Source: Nemertoderma westbladi (Eukaryota; Animalia; Xenacoelomorpha). From it: 37,318 nucleotides of DNA. The translations under genes and the position numbers were made by a program. The stretch spans positions 1-37,318 of the forward strand of contig JAUCBJ010003226.1 in NCBI GenBank assembly GCA_032718475.1, read 5' to 3'. Positions 23,033-34,740 of the stretch are shown here, in pieces. The notes under the pieces are model-generated. The model was not told where the DNA came from. It searched no databases and saw only the letters and a list, made by a program, of their open reading frames with translations. Each line of letters begins with the position of its first letter. Within the stretch, counting starts at the first letter, position 1.

Positions 23033-23631
23033 ATGTGTCCTATATTCAAGGCAGTTTCTGGGCAATCACAAGCAGGCAGGCGATCCAATTCGTTTATTCC
23101 AATATCGCGATTCGTTTATGTTGATGAGGTTTATATTCGCCACAATTTCCAATTTCCCCATTTTTAACAAAAAATTGCCCTATTTTAAAAAGGGATTTTA
23201 CCCCGTCTCAAAATATTGGAAGTTTTTATCTAGTCTAGTATGCCCATACAAAATTTGGTTGAAAATGTTTAAAATCATCAAAAGTTATTTTCGAATGAAT
23301 TATTTATTGCAATTATTTATTTATTTATTTGTTATATTATTAATTATTTACAGGGAGCTAAATGCCAGTTTTTTTTTTCTTTTTTTTCTTCATGCCCAAC
23401 AAAAATCTCCAGAAAAATTGAGACAGGAAAGAAGCTAAGAGCTTCTTAATTAATAAACACGTTAATTTATATTTAGCGAATCGGATGATGATATTCACCA
23501 CTTTCAATATTGATGTTTGAATTGATCTCCATTGTTTTAACATTATGTAAGAAATGTTTATTTTGTGAAAGATATATTTATTCTAAAGATTTTGCAAACA
23601 TCGTTTAAATAAAATATTTTTCTGATTTCAG

Positions 23632-23736
23632 ACTTTGGAGCCAAGAATTGGTCAGGCGATAAATTTAACGCAGAAACTTTTAGGCGAAAATTCCGAGGAG
23701 CTGAAAGTTATTATAGATCGCTTGGAGAATCCACTG
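23632..23736 (+). CDS. CCDC180: CCDC180-like exon 4 (phase 0-0)
   Basis: tctgatttcag|TLEPRIGQAINLTQKLLGENSEELKVIIDRLENPL|gttagt; in frame with exons 3 and 5. Confidence 0.85.
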
Positions 23737-26700
23737 GTTAGTTACTATTGTACTGCTATATGAGTAATCAGCACCTTATACTGGAGAATCCACAGGTTGG
23801 TTACTATTGTACTGCTATATGAGTAATCAGCACCTTATACTGGAGAATCCACAGGTTAGTTACTATTGTACTGCTATGAGTAATCAGCACCTTATACTGG
23901 AGAATCCACAGGTTGGTTACTATTGTACTGCTATATGAGTAATCAGCACCTTATACTGGAGAATCCACAGGTTAGTTACTATTGTACTGCTATGAGTAAT
24001 CAGCACCTTATACTGGAGAATCCACTGGTTAGTTACTATTGTACTGCTATATGAGTAATCAGCACCTTATACTGGAGAATCCACAGGTTGGTTACTATTG
24101 TACTGCTATATGAGTAATCAGCACCTTATACTGGAGAATCCACAGGTTAGTTACTATTGTACTGCTATATGAGTAATCAGCACCTTATACTGGAGAATCC
24201 ACAGGTTAGTTACTATTGTACTGCTATATGAGTAATCAGCACCTTATACTGGAGAATCCACAGGTTGGTTACTATTGTACTGCTATGAGTAATCAGCACC
24301 TTATACTGGAGAATCCACAGGTTGGTTACTATTGTACTGCTATGAGTAATCAGCACCTTATACTGGAGAATCCACAGGTTAGTTACTATTGTACTGCTAT
24401 GAGTAATCAGCACCTTATACTGGAGAATCCACAGGTTAGTTACTATTGTACTGCTATATGAGTAATCAGCACCTTATACTGGAGAATCCACAGGTTGGTT
24501 ACTATTGTACTGCTATGAGTAATCAGCACCTTATACTGGAGAATCCACAGGTTAGTTACTATTGTACTGCATATGAGTAATCAGCACCTTATACTGGAGA
24601 ATCCACAGGTTGGTTACTATTGTACTGCTATGAGTAATCAGCACCTTATACTGGAGAATCCACAGGTTAGTTACTATTGTACTGCTATATGAGTAATCAG
24701 CACCTTATACTGGAGAATCCACAGGTTGGTTACTATTGTACTGCTATGAGTAATCAGCACCTTATACTGGAGAATCCACAGGTTGGTTACTATTGTACTG
24801 CTATATGAGTAATCAGCACCTTATACTGGAGAATCCACAGGTTAGTTACTATTGTACTGCTATATGAGTAATCAGCACCTTATACTGGAGAATCCACAGG
24901 TTGGTTACTATTGTACTGCTATGAGTAATCAGCACCTTATACTGGAGAATCCACAGGTTAGTTACTATTGTACTGCTATATGAGTAATCAGCACCTTATA
25001 CTGGAGAATCCACAGGTTGGTTACTATTGTACTGCTATGAGTAATCAGCACCTTATACTGGAGAATCCACAGGTTAGTTACTATTGTACTGCTATATGAG
25101 TAATCAGCACCTTATACTGGAGAATCCACAGGTTGGTTACTATTGTACTGCTATGAGTAATCAGCACCTTATACTGGAGAATCCACAGGTTAGTTACTAT
25201 TGTACTGCTATATGAGTAATCAGCACCTTATACTGGAGAATCCACAGGTTAGTTACTATTGTACTGCTATATGAGTAATCAGCACCTTATACTGGAGAAT
25301 CCACAGGTTAGTTACTATTGTACTGCTATGAGTAATCAGCACCTTATACTGGAGAATCCACAGGTTGGTTACTATTGTACTGCTATATGAGTAATCAGCA
25401 CCTTATACTGGAGAATCCACAGGTTGGTTACTATTGTACTGCTATGAGTAATCAGCACCTTATACTGGAGAATCCACAGGTTGGTTACTATTGTACTGCT
25501 ATGAGTAATCAGCACCTTATACTGGAGAATCCACAGGTTGGTTACTATTGTACTGCTATGAGTAATCAGCACCTTATACTGGAGAATCCACAGGTTAGTT
25601 ACTATTGTACTGCTATATGAGTAATCAGCACCTTATACTGGAGAATCCACAGGTTGGTTACTATTGTACTGCTATGAGTAATCAGCACCTTATACTGGAG
25701 AATCCACAGGTTAGTTACTATTGTACTGCTATATGAGTAATCAGCACCTTATACTGGAGAATCCACAGGTTGGTTACTATTGTACTGCTATGAGTAATCA
25801 GCACCTTATACTGGAGAATCCACAGGTTAGTTACTATTGTACTGCTATATGAGTAATCAGCACCTTATACTGGAGAATCCACAGGTTGGTTACTATTGTA
25901 CTGCTATGAGTAATCAGCACCTTATACTGGAGAATCCACAGGTTAGTTACTATTGTACTGCTATGAGTAATCAGCACCTTATACTGGAGAATCCACAGGT
26001 TAGTTACTATTGTACTGCTATATGAGTAATCAGCACCTTATACTGGAGAATCCACAGGTTAGTTACTATTGTACTGCTATATGAGTAATCAGCACCTTAT
26101 ACTGGAGAATCCACAGGTTGGTTACTATTGTACTGCTATATGAGTAATCAGCACCTTATACTGGAGAATCCACAGGTTGGTTACTATTGTACTGCTATGA
26201 GTAATCAGCACCTTATACTGGAGAATCCACAGGTTGGTTACTATTGTACTGCTATATGAGTAATCAGCACCTTATACTGGAGAATCCACAGGTTAGTTAC
26301 TATTGTACTGCTATATGAGTAATCAGCACCTTATACTGGAGAATCCACAGGTTGGTTACTATTGTACTGCTATATGAGTAATCAGCACCTTATACTGGAG
26401 AATCCACAGGTTGGTTACTATTGTACTGCTATGAGTAATCAGCACCTTATACTGGAGAATCCACAGGTTGGTTACTATTGTACTGCTATATGAGTAATCA
26501 GCACCTTATACTGGAGAATCCACAGGTTGGTTACTATTGTACTGCTATATGAGTAATCAGCACCTTATACTGGAGAATCCACAGGTTGGTTACTATTGTA
26601 CTGCTATGAGTAATCAGCACCTTATACTGGAGAATCCACAGGTTGGTTACTATTGTACTGCTATATGAGTAATCAGCACCTTATACTGGAGAATCCACAG

Positions 26701-29433
26701 GTTGGTTACTATTGTACTGCTATGAGTAATCAGCACCTTATACTGGAGAATCCACAGGTTAGTTACTATTGTACTGCTATATGAGTAATCAGCACCTTAT
26801 ACTGGAGAATCCACAGGTTGGTTACTATTGTACTGCTATGAGTAATCAGCACCTTATACTGGAGAATCCACAGGTTAGTTACTATTGTACTGCTATATGA
26901 GTAATCAGCACCTTATACTGGAGAATCCACAGGTTAGTTACTATTGTACTGCTATATGAGTAATCAGCACCTTATACTGGAGAATCCACAGGTTGGTTAC
27001 TATTGTACTGCTATATGAGTAATCAGCACCTTATACTGGAGAATCCACAGGTTGGTTACTATTGTACTGCTATATGAGTAATCAGCACCTTATACTGGAG
27101 AATCCACAGGTTGGTTACTATTGTACTGCTATGAGTAATCAGCACCTTATACTGGAGAATCCACAGGTTAGTTACTATTGTACTGCTATATGAGTAATCA
27201 GCACCTTATACTGGAGAATCCACAGGTTGGTTACTATTGTACTGCTATATGAGTAATCAGCACCTTATACTGGAGAATCCACAGGTTGGTTACTATTGTA
27301 CTGCTATATGAGTAATCAGCACCTTATACTGGAGAATCCACAGGTTAGTTACTATTGTACTGCTATGAGTAATCAGCACCTTATACTGGAGAATCCACAG
27401 GTTAGTTACTATTGTACTGCTATATGAGTAATCAGCACCTTATACTGGAGAATCCACAGGTTGGTTACTATTGTACTGCTATGAGTAATCAGCACCTTAT
27501 ACTGGAGAATCCACAGGTTAGTTAATATTGTACTGCTATATGAGTAATCAGCACCTTATACTGGAGAATCCACAGGTTGGTTACTATTGTACTGCTATAT
27601 GAGTAATCAGCACCTTATACTGGAGAATCCACAGGTTGGTTACTATTGTACTGCTATATGAGTAATCAGCACCTTATACTGGAGAATCCACAGGTTGGTT
27701 ACTATTGTACTGCTATATGAGTAATCAGCACCTTATACTGGAGAATCCACAGGTTGGTTACTATTGTACTGCTATGAGTAATCAGCACCTTATACTGGAG
27801 AATCCACAGGTTAGTTAATATTGTACTGCTATATGAGTAATCAGCACCTTATACTGGAGAATCCACAGGTTGGTTACTATTGTACTGCTATGAGTAATCA
27901 GCACCTTATACTGGAGAATCCACAGGTTGGTTACTATTGTACTGCTATGAGTAATCAGCACCTTATACTGGAGAATCCACTGGTTAGTTACTATTGTACT
28001 GCTATATGAGTAATCAGCACCTTATACTGGAGAATCCACAGGTTGGTTACTATTGTACTGCTATGAGTAATCAGCACCTTATACTGGAGAATCCACAGGT
28101 TAGTTACTATTGTACTGCTATATGAGTAATCAGCACCTTATACTGGAGAATCCACAGGTTGGTTACTATTGTACTGCTATGAGTAATCAGCACCTTATAC
28201 TGGAGAATCCACAGGTTAGTTACTATTGTACTGCTATATGAGTAATCAGCACCTTATACTGGAGAATCCACTGGTTAGTTACTATTGTACTGCTATATGA
28301 GTAATCAGCACCTTATACTGGAGAATCCACAGGTTGGTTACTATTGTACTGCTATGAGTAATCAGCACCTTATACTGGAGAATCCACAGGTTAGTTACTA
28401 TTGTACTGCTATATGAGTAATCAGCACCTTATACTGGAGAATCCACAGGTTGGTTACTATTGTACTGCTATATGAGTAATCAGCACCTTATACTGGAGAA
28501 TCCACAGGTTAGTTACTATTGTACTGCTATATGAGTAATCAGCACCTTATACTGGAGAATCCACAGGTTAGTTACTATTGTACTGCTATATGAGTAATCA
28601 GCACCTTATACTGGAGAATCCACAGGTTGGTTACTATTGTACTGCTATATGAGTAATCAGCACCTTATACTGGAGAATCCACAGGTTAGTTACTATTGTA
28701 CTGCTATATGAGTAATCAGCACCTTATACTGGAGAATCCACAGGTTGGTTACTATTGTACTGCTATATGAGTAATCAGCACCTTATACTGGAGAATCCAC
28801 AGGTTGGTTACTATTGTACTGCTATATGAGTAATCAGCACCTTATACTGGAGAATCCACAGGTTGGTTACTATTGTACTGCTATATGAGTAATCAGCACC
28901 TTATACTGGAGAATCCACAGGTTAGTTACTATTGTACTGCTATGAGTAATCAGCACCTTATACTGGAGAATCCACAGGTTAGTTACTATTGTACTGCTAT
29001 GAGTAATCAGCACCTTATACTGGAGAATCCACAGGTTGGTTACTATTGTACTGCTATATGAGTAATCAGCACCTTATACTGGAGAATCCACAGGTTAGTT
29101 ACTATTGTACTGATATGAGTAATCAGCACCTTATACTGGAGAATCCACTGGTTAGTTACTATTGTACTGCTATATGAGTAATCAGCACCTTATACTGGAG
29201 AATCCACAGGTTGGTTACTATTGTACTGCTATATGAGTAATCAGCACCTTATACTGGAGAATCCACAGGTTAGTTACTATTGTACTGCTATATGAGTAAT
29301 CAGCACCTTATACTGGAGAATCCACAGGTTAGTTACTATTGTACTGCTATATGAGTAATCAGCACCTTATACTGGAGAATCCACAGGTTAGTTACTATTG
29401 TGCTGCTATATGAGTAATCAGCACCTTATACTG
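23722..29433. repeat. 57/59-bp minisatellite, about 98 copies; unit = last ~15 nt of exon 4 + donor + first ~44 nt of intron 4
   Basis: Unit ctggagaatccac(a/t)g|gtt(a/g)gttactattgtactgcta(ta)tgagtaatcagcaccttata; the first copy overlaps the exon. Confidence 0.98.
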
Positions 29434-29560
29434 CGATCACGCCTTTAAATAATAACTACAGTAGTTTATCGTAAAGTAATATAAAAAATTCCAGTTTAAA
29501 AATAATCACCCATTCCATGGCGTGTACTACGTTAAATCCTTCCATAACTTCATGTTCCAG

Positions 29561-29791
29561 ACGTTGAAGACTTATACTATGACACAGCTGTACGATGTCT
29601 GGGATGTTATAGCCAATCACTCGGTTTCAAGACAACATTGGATTAACCAATTAGATGAATCGTTGCACGCCATAGAGGACGATCGCAAGGGATTGGTTAC
29701 TAACGTTCTCAGGAAGTTTGCGTTCACATTGGAAAGGATCGGTCATTTAATGCCGCCCGATGTAAATCGATTGCTGGAGAAAAATTCGCAG
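29561..29791 (+). CDS. CCDC180: CCDC180-like exon 5 (phase 0-0)
   Basis: atgttccag|TLKTYTMTQLYDVWDVIA...LERIGHLMPPDVNRLLEKNSQ|gtgcca; matches the CCDC180 N-terminal domain (LMRPEVYRLI-like). Confidence 0.9.
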
Positions 29792-29845
29792 GTGCCATTA
29801 GAACGCAATTCCTTTACGCTTTGGTCTTTGGTTGTATGCACTAAT

Positions 29846-30213
29846 ATGCTAACTGTACACAACTAAGCCAACTGTACACAACTAAGCTAACTGTACACAA
29901 CTAAGCTAACTGTACACAACTAAACTAACTGTACACAACTAAGCTAAATGTACACACACAACTACAGCATGATAACTAAAACTATGAACAACTAAGCTAA
30001 CTGTACACAACTAAGCTAACAAGACACAACTAAACTAACTGTACACAACTAAGCTAAATGTACACACACAACTACAGCATGATAACTAAAACTATGAACA
30101 ACTAAGCTAACTGTACACAACTATGCTAACTATGAACAACTAAGCTAACTGTACAAAACGAAGTTAAATTATATAACTTAGCTAACTGTACTCTGTACAG
30201 AACTAAGCTAACT
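29846..30213. repeat. Degenerate 19-bp minisatellite beginning about 55 nt after the exon 5 donor
   Basis: Unit aactgtacacaactaagct with a larger internal duplicated block. Confidence 0.9.
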
Positions 30214-30217
30214 GAGA

Positions 30218-30635
30218 CCGGTGTAACAGGCTGAGATAACTCCCCACCAAATATGACTCCCCAGTCTTCTCAGCCGAGGCTGAGAGCACTCCCCAGTTTT
30301 CTCCCTAGATTTCTTAATTAACGAAAAGGAGCAGGTTACAGTGATGGGCTTTTCTAACCAAAACAATAAACGATATCTCAATAACATAGGTTACAGTTTT
30401 ATTTTTGCAATATTGAAAAATAACACAGGTACGGATATGAATTATAACTCAATTAGGGGAGTCATCTCAGCCTAAGGGGAGTCATCTCAGCCTAAGGGGA
30501 GTGTTCTCATCTTAGGCTGAGACGACTGTGGAGTGTTCTCAGCCTAGGCTGAGGTAACTGAGGAGTGTTCTCAGCCTAGGCTGAGACGACTGGGGAGTCA
30601 TTTCCAGAGGGAGTTATCTCAGCCTTGTACACCGG
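30218..30635. mobile_element. Unclassified MITE with ~27-bp imperfect TIRs and subterminal repeats
   Basis: ccggtgtaacaggctgagataactccc ... gggagttatctcagccttgtacaccgg, with internal ggagt..tctcagcct repeats. No clear TSD. Confidence 0.8.
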
Positions 30636-30917
30636 CATCTATATCCTATAGTTGTCTTTACTGATTCAGTACCGATTCTTCTACTGTAGGTAGGCCTAAT
30701 GCTATAGTAATTATTGACTGGTAGTTGTTACTAATTAATTGTGAAACTATAAAGCTACTATGAGAAGACATTATTTGTCAATTTATAGCTTTTGAACTAA
30801 AGTTTGTCTGTCAAAGCTTTTGAGAAATTATCAGATGATTTACCGGTATTTGACTAATTTGTCCGTGGTGTCAGTCTTTGGCTAATTGTACGACACTTTT
30901 AGTAATCTTATAAACAG

Positions 30918-31049
30918 GCAATGAATGTTACGATACTTACCAATCTACGTCATTACGCCGATTTATATTCCAAACTAATGAAAGTCGATATGACAAGAGA
31001 ACAAGAACAGCACAAAGTGTGGAATGCAGCTGCATCGGACTGGAAAACA
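30918..31049 (+). CDS. CCDC180: CCDC180-like exon 6 (phase 0-0)
   Basis: taaacag|AMNVTILTNLRHYADLYSKLMKVDMTREQEQHKVWNAAASDWKT|gtgagt. Confidence 0.88.
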
Positions 31050-31299
31050 GTGAGTATTTGTAATGAGTAAAAATACTTAACAATTGAAAAACTGATAAAT
31101 ACTAAACACGTATACGCAAATGGGTACATAACAGGAGCATCAACACAACTGGTCGTTTTAATGGCGGGCAGTCACGTAACGTAATCGAGTAGGCCTAACG
31201 CAAACTATTTTACTCAACGCATGAATGATTAGTATAGAACATCAAACTTTTTTTTTTCTTTACAAACTTTATAAAGGAAGATTTTCCTTTATATTTTTT

Positions 31300-34200
31300 C
31301 TATCCATAACTTTATATATTATATAATAGTACCGATCGTTAACAGTATTTCATCAATGTGTTCTAATCCGAATTTAACCATTATATCCTACAATTCGACC
31401 GGTTTTGGGTTGGATAAGATTGATTTGATTGATTCTCTTGTAAATAGTGCAGATATTGTTTGCTTACAGGAACATTTTCTTTTGGAGTCATGTTGTAATA
31501 TTAAGCTAAAGCAGTTTTTTCCTGATTGCCATTTCAGCGCAGTACCAGCCACTTACTTAAATGGTGAGGGCAATAGTAGAGGTAGGCCCAGAGGGGGATT
31601 GTGTATTATATGGAAGAAATCAATTAGTAAATACGTATCCGTGGTTACAAACGGTTCTAGTAATTCTAGGCTGCAGGCGATTGAACTAAAAATTAAATTC
31701 CCTCAGTCTGAGTCTAGTTTATTGTTGTTAAACTCGTATTTCCCGGTGGATGAGCGTTTATCTACTTAGGCATCTGATGAGTTACCTTTGTTACCTAATA
31801 GTATTGAGTCACTTATCTCTAATTCTAGCTGTGCAAATGTACCGCTAGGTGGTGATTTAAATTGTGATTTTAGTCGGAACAACATTCATGTAAATCTAAT
31901 TAGAGAGTTTATTGAATCTAAATTGTTTAACGTGCTGTGGGATATACAACCGATCGATTATACATATATGTCTCATGCCAATGGTGTTGTTTATAAATCT
32001 ACGTTAGACCATTTTATTCTTAGCGACCGGTTGTCTCAGGGAAATTTTGAATCAGATGTAATTCATTTGGGTAATAACCTTTCAGGGCATTCTCCTATTT
32101 ATTTTAAAATACCTATTAGTGCATTGGACTTGACTGTGCAAAATACATCGAAGCCAATTCGATTTAATTTTGGTAGAGCTTCTGATGAGCAACGGTCTCA
32201 ATTTAGTAATGATTTAAATTTAATGTTAGAAAACTGCAATTTACCGTATGGAATAGTAAATTGTACTGATATTAATTGTAGTTTACCTGAACATCGTATG
32301 GGTTTAGAAAAATTAGCTTTGAATATATTGGACGCGGTTGACTCAGCAGCACACTGCCTCCCTAAGTCAGGGGGTCCGGAAAGTGAGACCCCAATAAGAA
32401 CTGAAATTATCCCTGGATGGAATAGTCAAGTTAAGCCCTTTAAAGATGAAGCCATATTTTGGCACTCAGTGTGGTGTGCTGCGGGGAGACCAAATTCCTC
32501 ACAAAGTAACCTATTTTTCATGATACAGAGTAACCGGGCTCAATATAAATATGCAGTACGACGTGTTAAACGTAATATTGATACATTGAAAAGAGATAGG
32601 CTATTAAATGCGTCCCTTTCTGGTAATATAAATATTTTTGATGAGATTAGAAAATTGCGAGGTTCATCTGTCGTGCAAAGTACTTCAATCGAAGGTTTAA
32701 CGGATTCACAGGAAATTGCTAATAAATTTGCTGATATTTATAAAGTATTATATAACCAAGAGCCTAATTCAGGTAGTGTCAATGATATAAATAGTAAATT
32801 AATGAGTGTATAGCAAATTTTAATATTGATAGTTTTGAGCCAGTTACCATGGAAACCATACACACTGCTTTGCAGCATTTAAAGAGTGGTAAAAGTGACG
32901 TTATAATATACGGATTTGATTCAGGCTGTTTGATTTATGGTGGACCTGCATTAGAAACATTAATAACAAAACTGTTCAATGCTTTACTGGTACACGGTGT
33001 TATTTCGAAATGTTTATTGTCAATATCCATGGTACCTACCTATTGTAAAAAACAATTTAGGAGATATTACAGCTATTACTAATTATAGGGCCATCGCAAT
33101 AGCGTCATTGTTACTTAAAGTATTTGAATGGGTGCTGCTGATATCTGAGGGAGAAAAACTGGATTTAGACCACTTGCAGTTTGGTTTCCGTGAGAAATCG
33201 AGCACAGTAATGTGCTCGTGGACAGCAACGGAGGTCATTAATTACTATATGCAAAAGTCAACACCAGTCTATGGTTGTTTGTTGGACTTCACCAAAGCTT
33301 TTGATTTGGTTGAATGGCGAAAGCTTTTCCTTGAGCTGATCAAAAAAGGTTTTTCTCCCTTATATCTTAGGTGTTTGTTGTTTATTTATAGAACACAAAT
33401 GTGTGCAGTGAGATGGAATAACGTTTTGTCATTTGATTTTTCTATTACTAATGGAGTTAGGCAAGGGTCGGTTATTTCACCGGTCCGGTTCTGTATTGAT
33501 CCGAAAAAAAGTAAAACTAAATGTATCCCGTTCCAGAACACATGGAAGCCGCCTAGTGTGAATATTTCAGTAAATAACGTTACACTACCATGGGTTGAGA
33601 AAGGGATACATTTAGGAATTCTGCTTAATTTTACGTGTAGTGTCAATATAGATATACAGCGTAAGAGAGGTGCATTTATAGGAAAATTGGCAAATTTAGG
33701 CAGTAATTTTCATTCGCTCACCCGCGGTGCTTGTCTAACATTCAACGTATTTATGCGACAAGTTTTTATGGAAGCCCAGTTTGGGATTTGGCTTCTGATG
33801 AATGCCGTAGAATATACACAGCTTGGAATACGAATGTGCGCTACATTTATCATCTGCCGTATAACAGCCATAGGTTCATAGTAGAAGATATTGTTAATTT
33901 TCCCCACCCTAAGGTTATGCTCAGTAAACGTTTAGTTAAATTTGCAACTAGTGTTTTAACTTCTGATAAATTGTGTATAAGATTTCTGGCAAATTTAGTA
34001 TTTTATGATTGTAGATGTAGAAGTGGTGCGAACTTGCGTAACATAGGGAATGAGTGTGGTATAAATGATCTACGTAAAATATCAGTAGGTGACCTTTCTA
34101 ATTTACGATATGTGCCTTCTCCACCTGATAGTTACTGGCGAGTTAAATTGTGTAAAGAAATTATTGATTGCTATTTCGATGAGACTACAGTACCAGATTT

Positions 34201-34441
34201 CTCATCTGAAGAACTAATTGAAATTTGGAAATATGTATCGTCGTTCTAGATATTTTCTAGTGTCTCAATACTTATTTGTGTTTTTCCTTGTTTTTTTTTG
34301 TGCTACGTACATATTAGTTAATTACTTAAATTTACTTTACATTACTAAAATTTAGATTTACATTACATTACTGTGCGGTACTAATATATATATATGATAT
34401 ATTATGTATGAATATACAACATTAATTAATTAATTAATTAA
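31300..34441 (+). mobile_element. Inactivated non-LTR retrotransposon (APE endonuclease + RT ORF2; RTE-X/L2-Daphne-like) in CCDC180 intron 6
   Basis: Endonuclease motifs IISYNSTG, IVCLQEHFL, GRPRGGL, GGDLNCDF, TLDHFI, SGHSPI. RT motifs NYRAIA, LQFGFR, LLDFTKAFD, NGVRQGSVISP. Stops at ~31767 and ~32811, frameshifts at ~33040 and ~33700, YADD segment deleted. 3' (TTAA)n tail at ~34422-34441; 5' boundary uncertain. Confidence 0.93.
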
Positions 34442-34588
34442 CAATTGGCACACACACACTGATACTAAACAATTATACTTTATGCCATTGACCCCGGCCG
34501 TTCAAGTAACAATTTTGAGGATTTAATATTTGATTATTTTATCTATTATTATACAAATTATTGTATTTATTTTTGGTTTTTCGTATAG

Positions 34589-34740
34589 GTTAAGCTCGAC
34601 GATGTAGTTGGTTCCTTCATAGAATTTATGAGCCAATCATGTATTACTCATCCAGAACCGGTTACCATAGTAATGCGGGAGTTCTTGGAGGAGTTACTAC
34701 GGTTGAATAACAAACGATTAGAAATGATGCATTTATTGAG
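34589..34740 (+). CDS. CCDC180: CCDC180-like exon 7 (phase 0-2); the gene continues beyond the window
   Basis: tttcgtatag|VKLDDVVGSFIEFMSQSCITHPEPVTIVMREFLEELLRLNNKRLEMMHLL AG|gttggt; SF.EFM...I..P pattern as in CCDC180. Confidence 0.87.

Noticed and set aside
23722-29433. CRISPR-like array interpretation of the regular repeats (also 1-761, 8524-9979, 12360-15716, 34741-37169)
   Set aside because: Units are head-to-tail with no unique spacers, there are no cas genes, and the context is spliceosomal eukaryotic.
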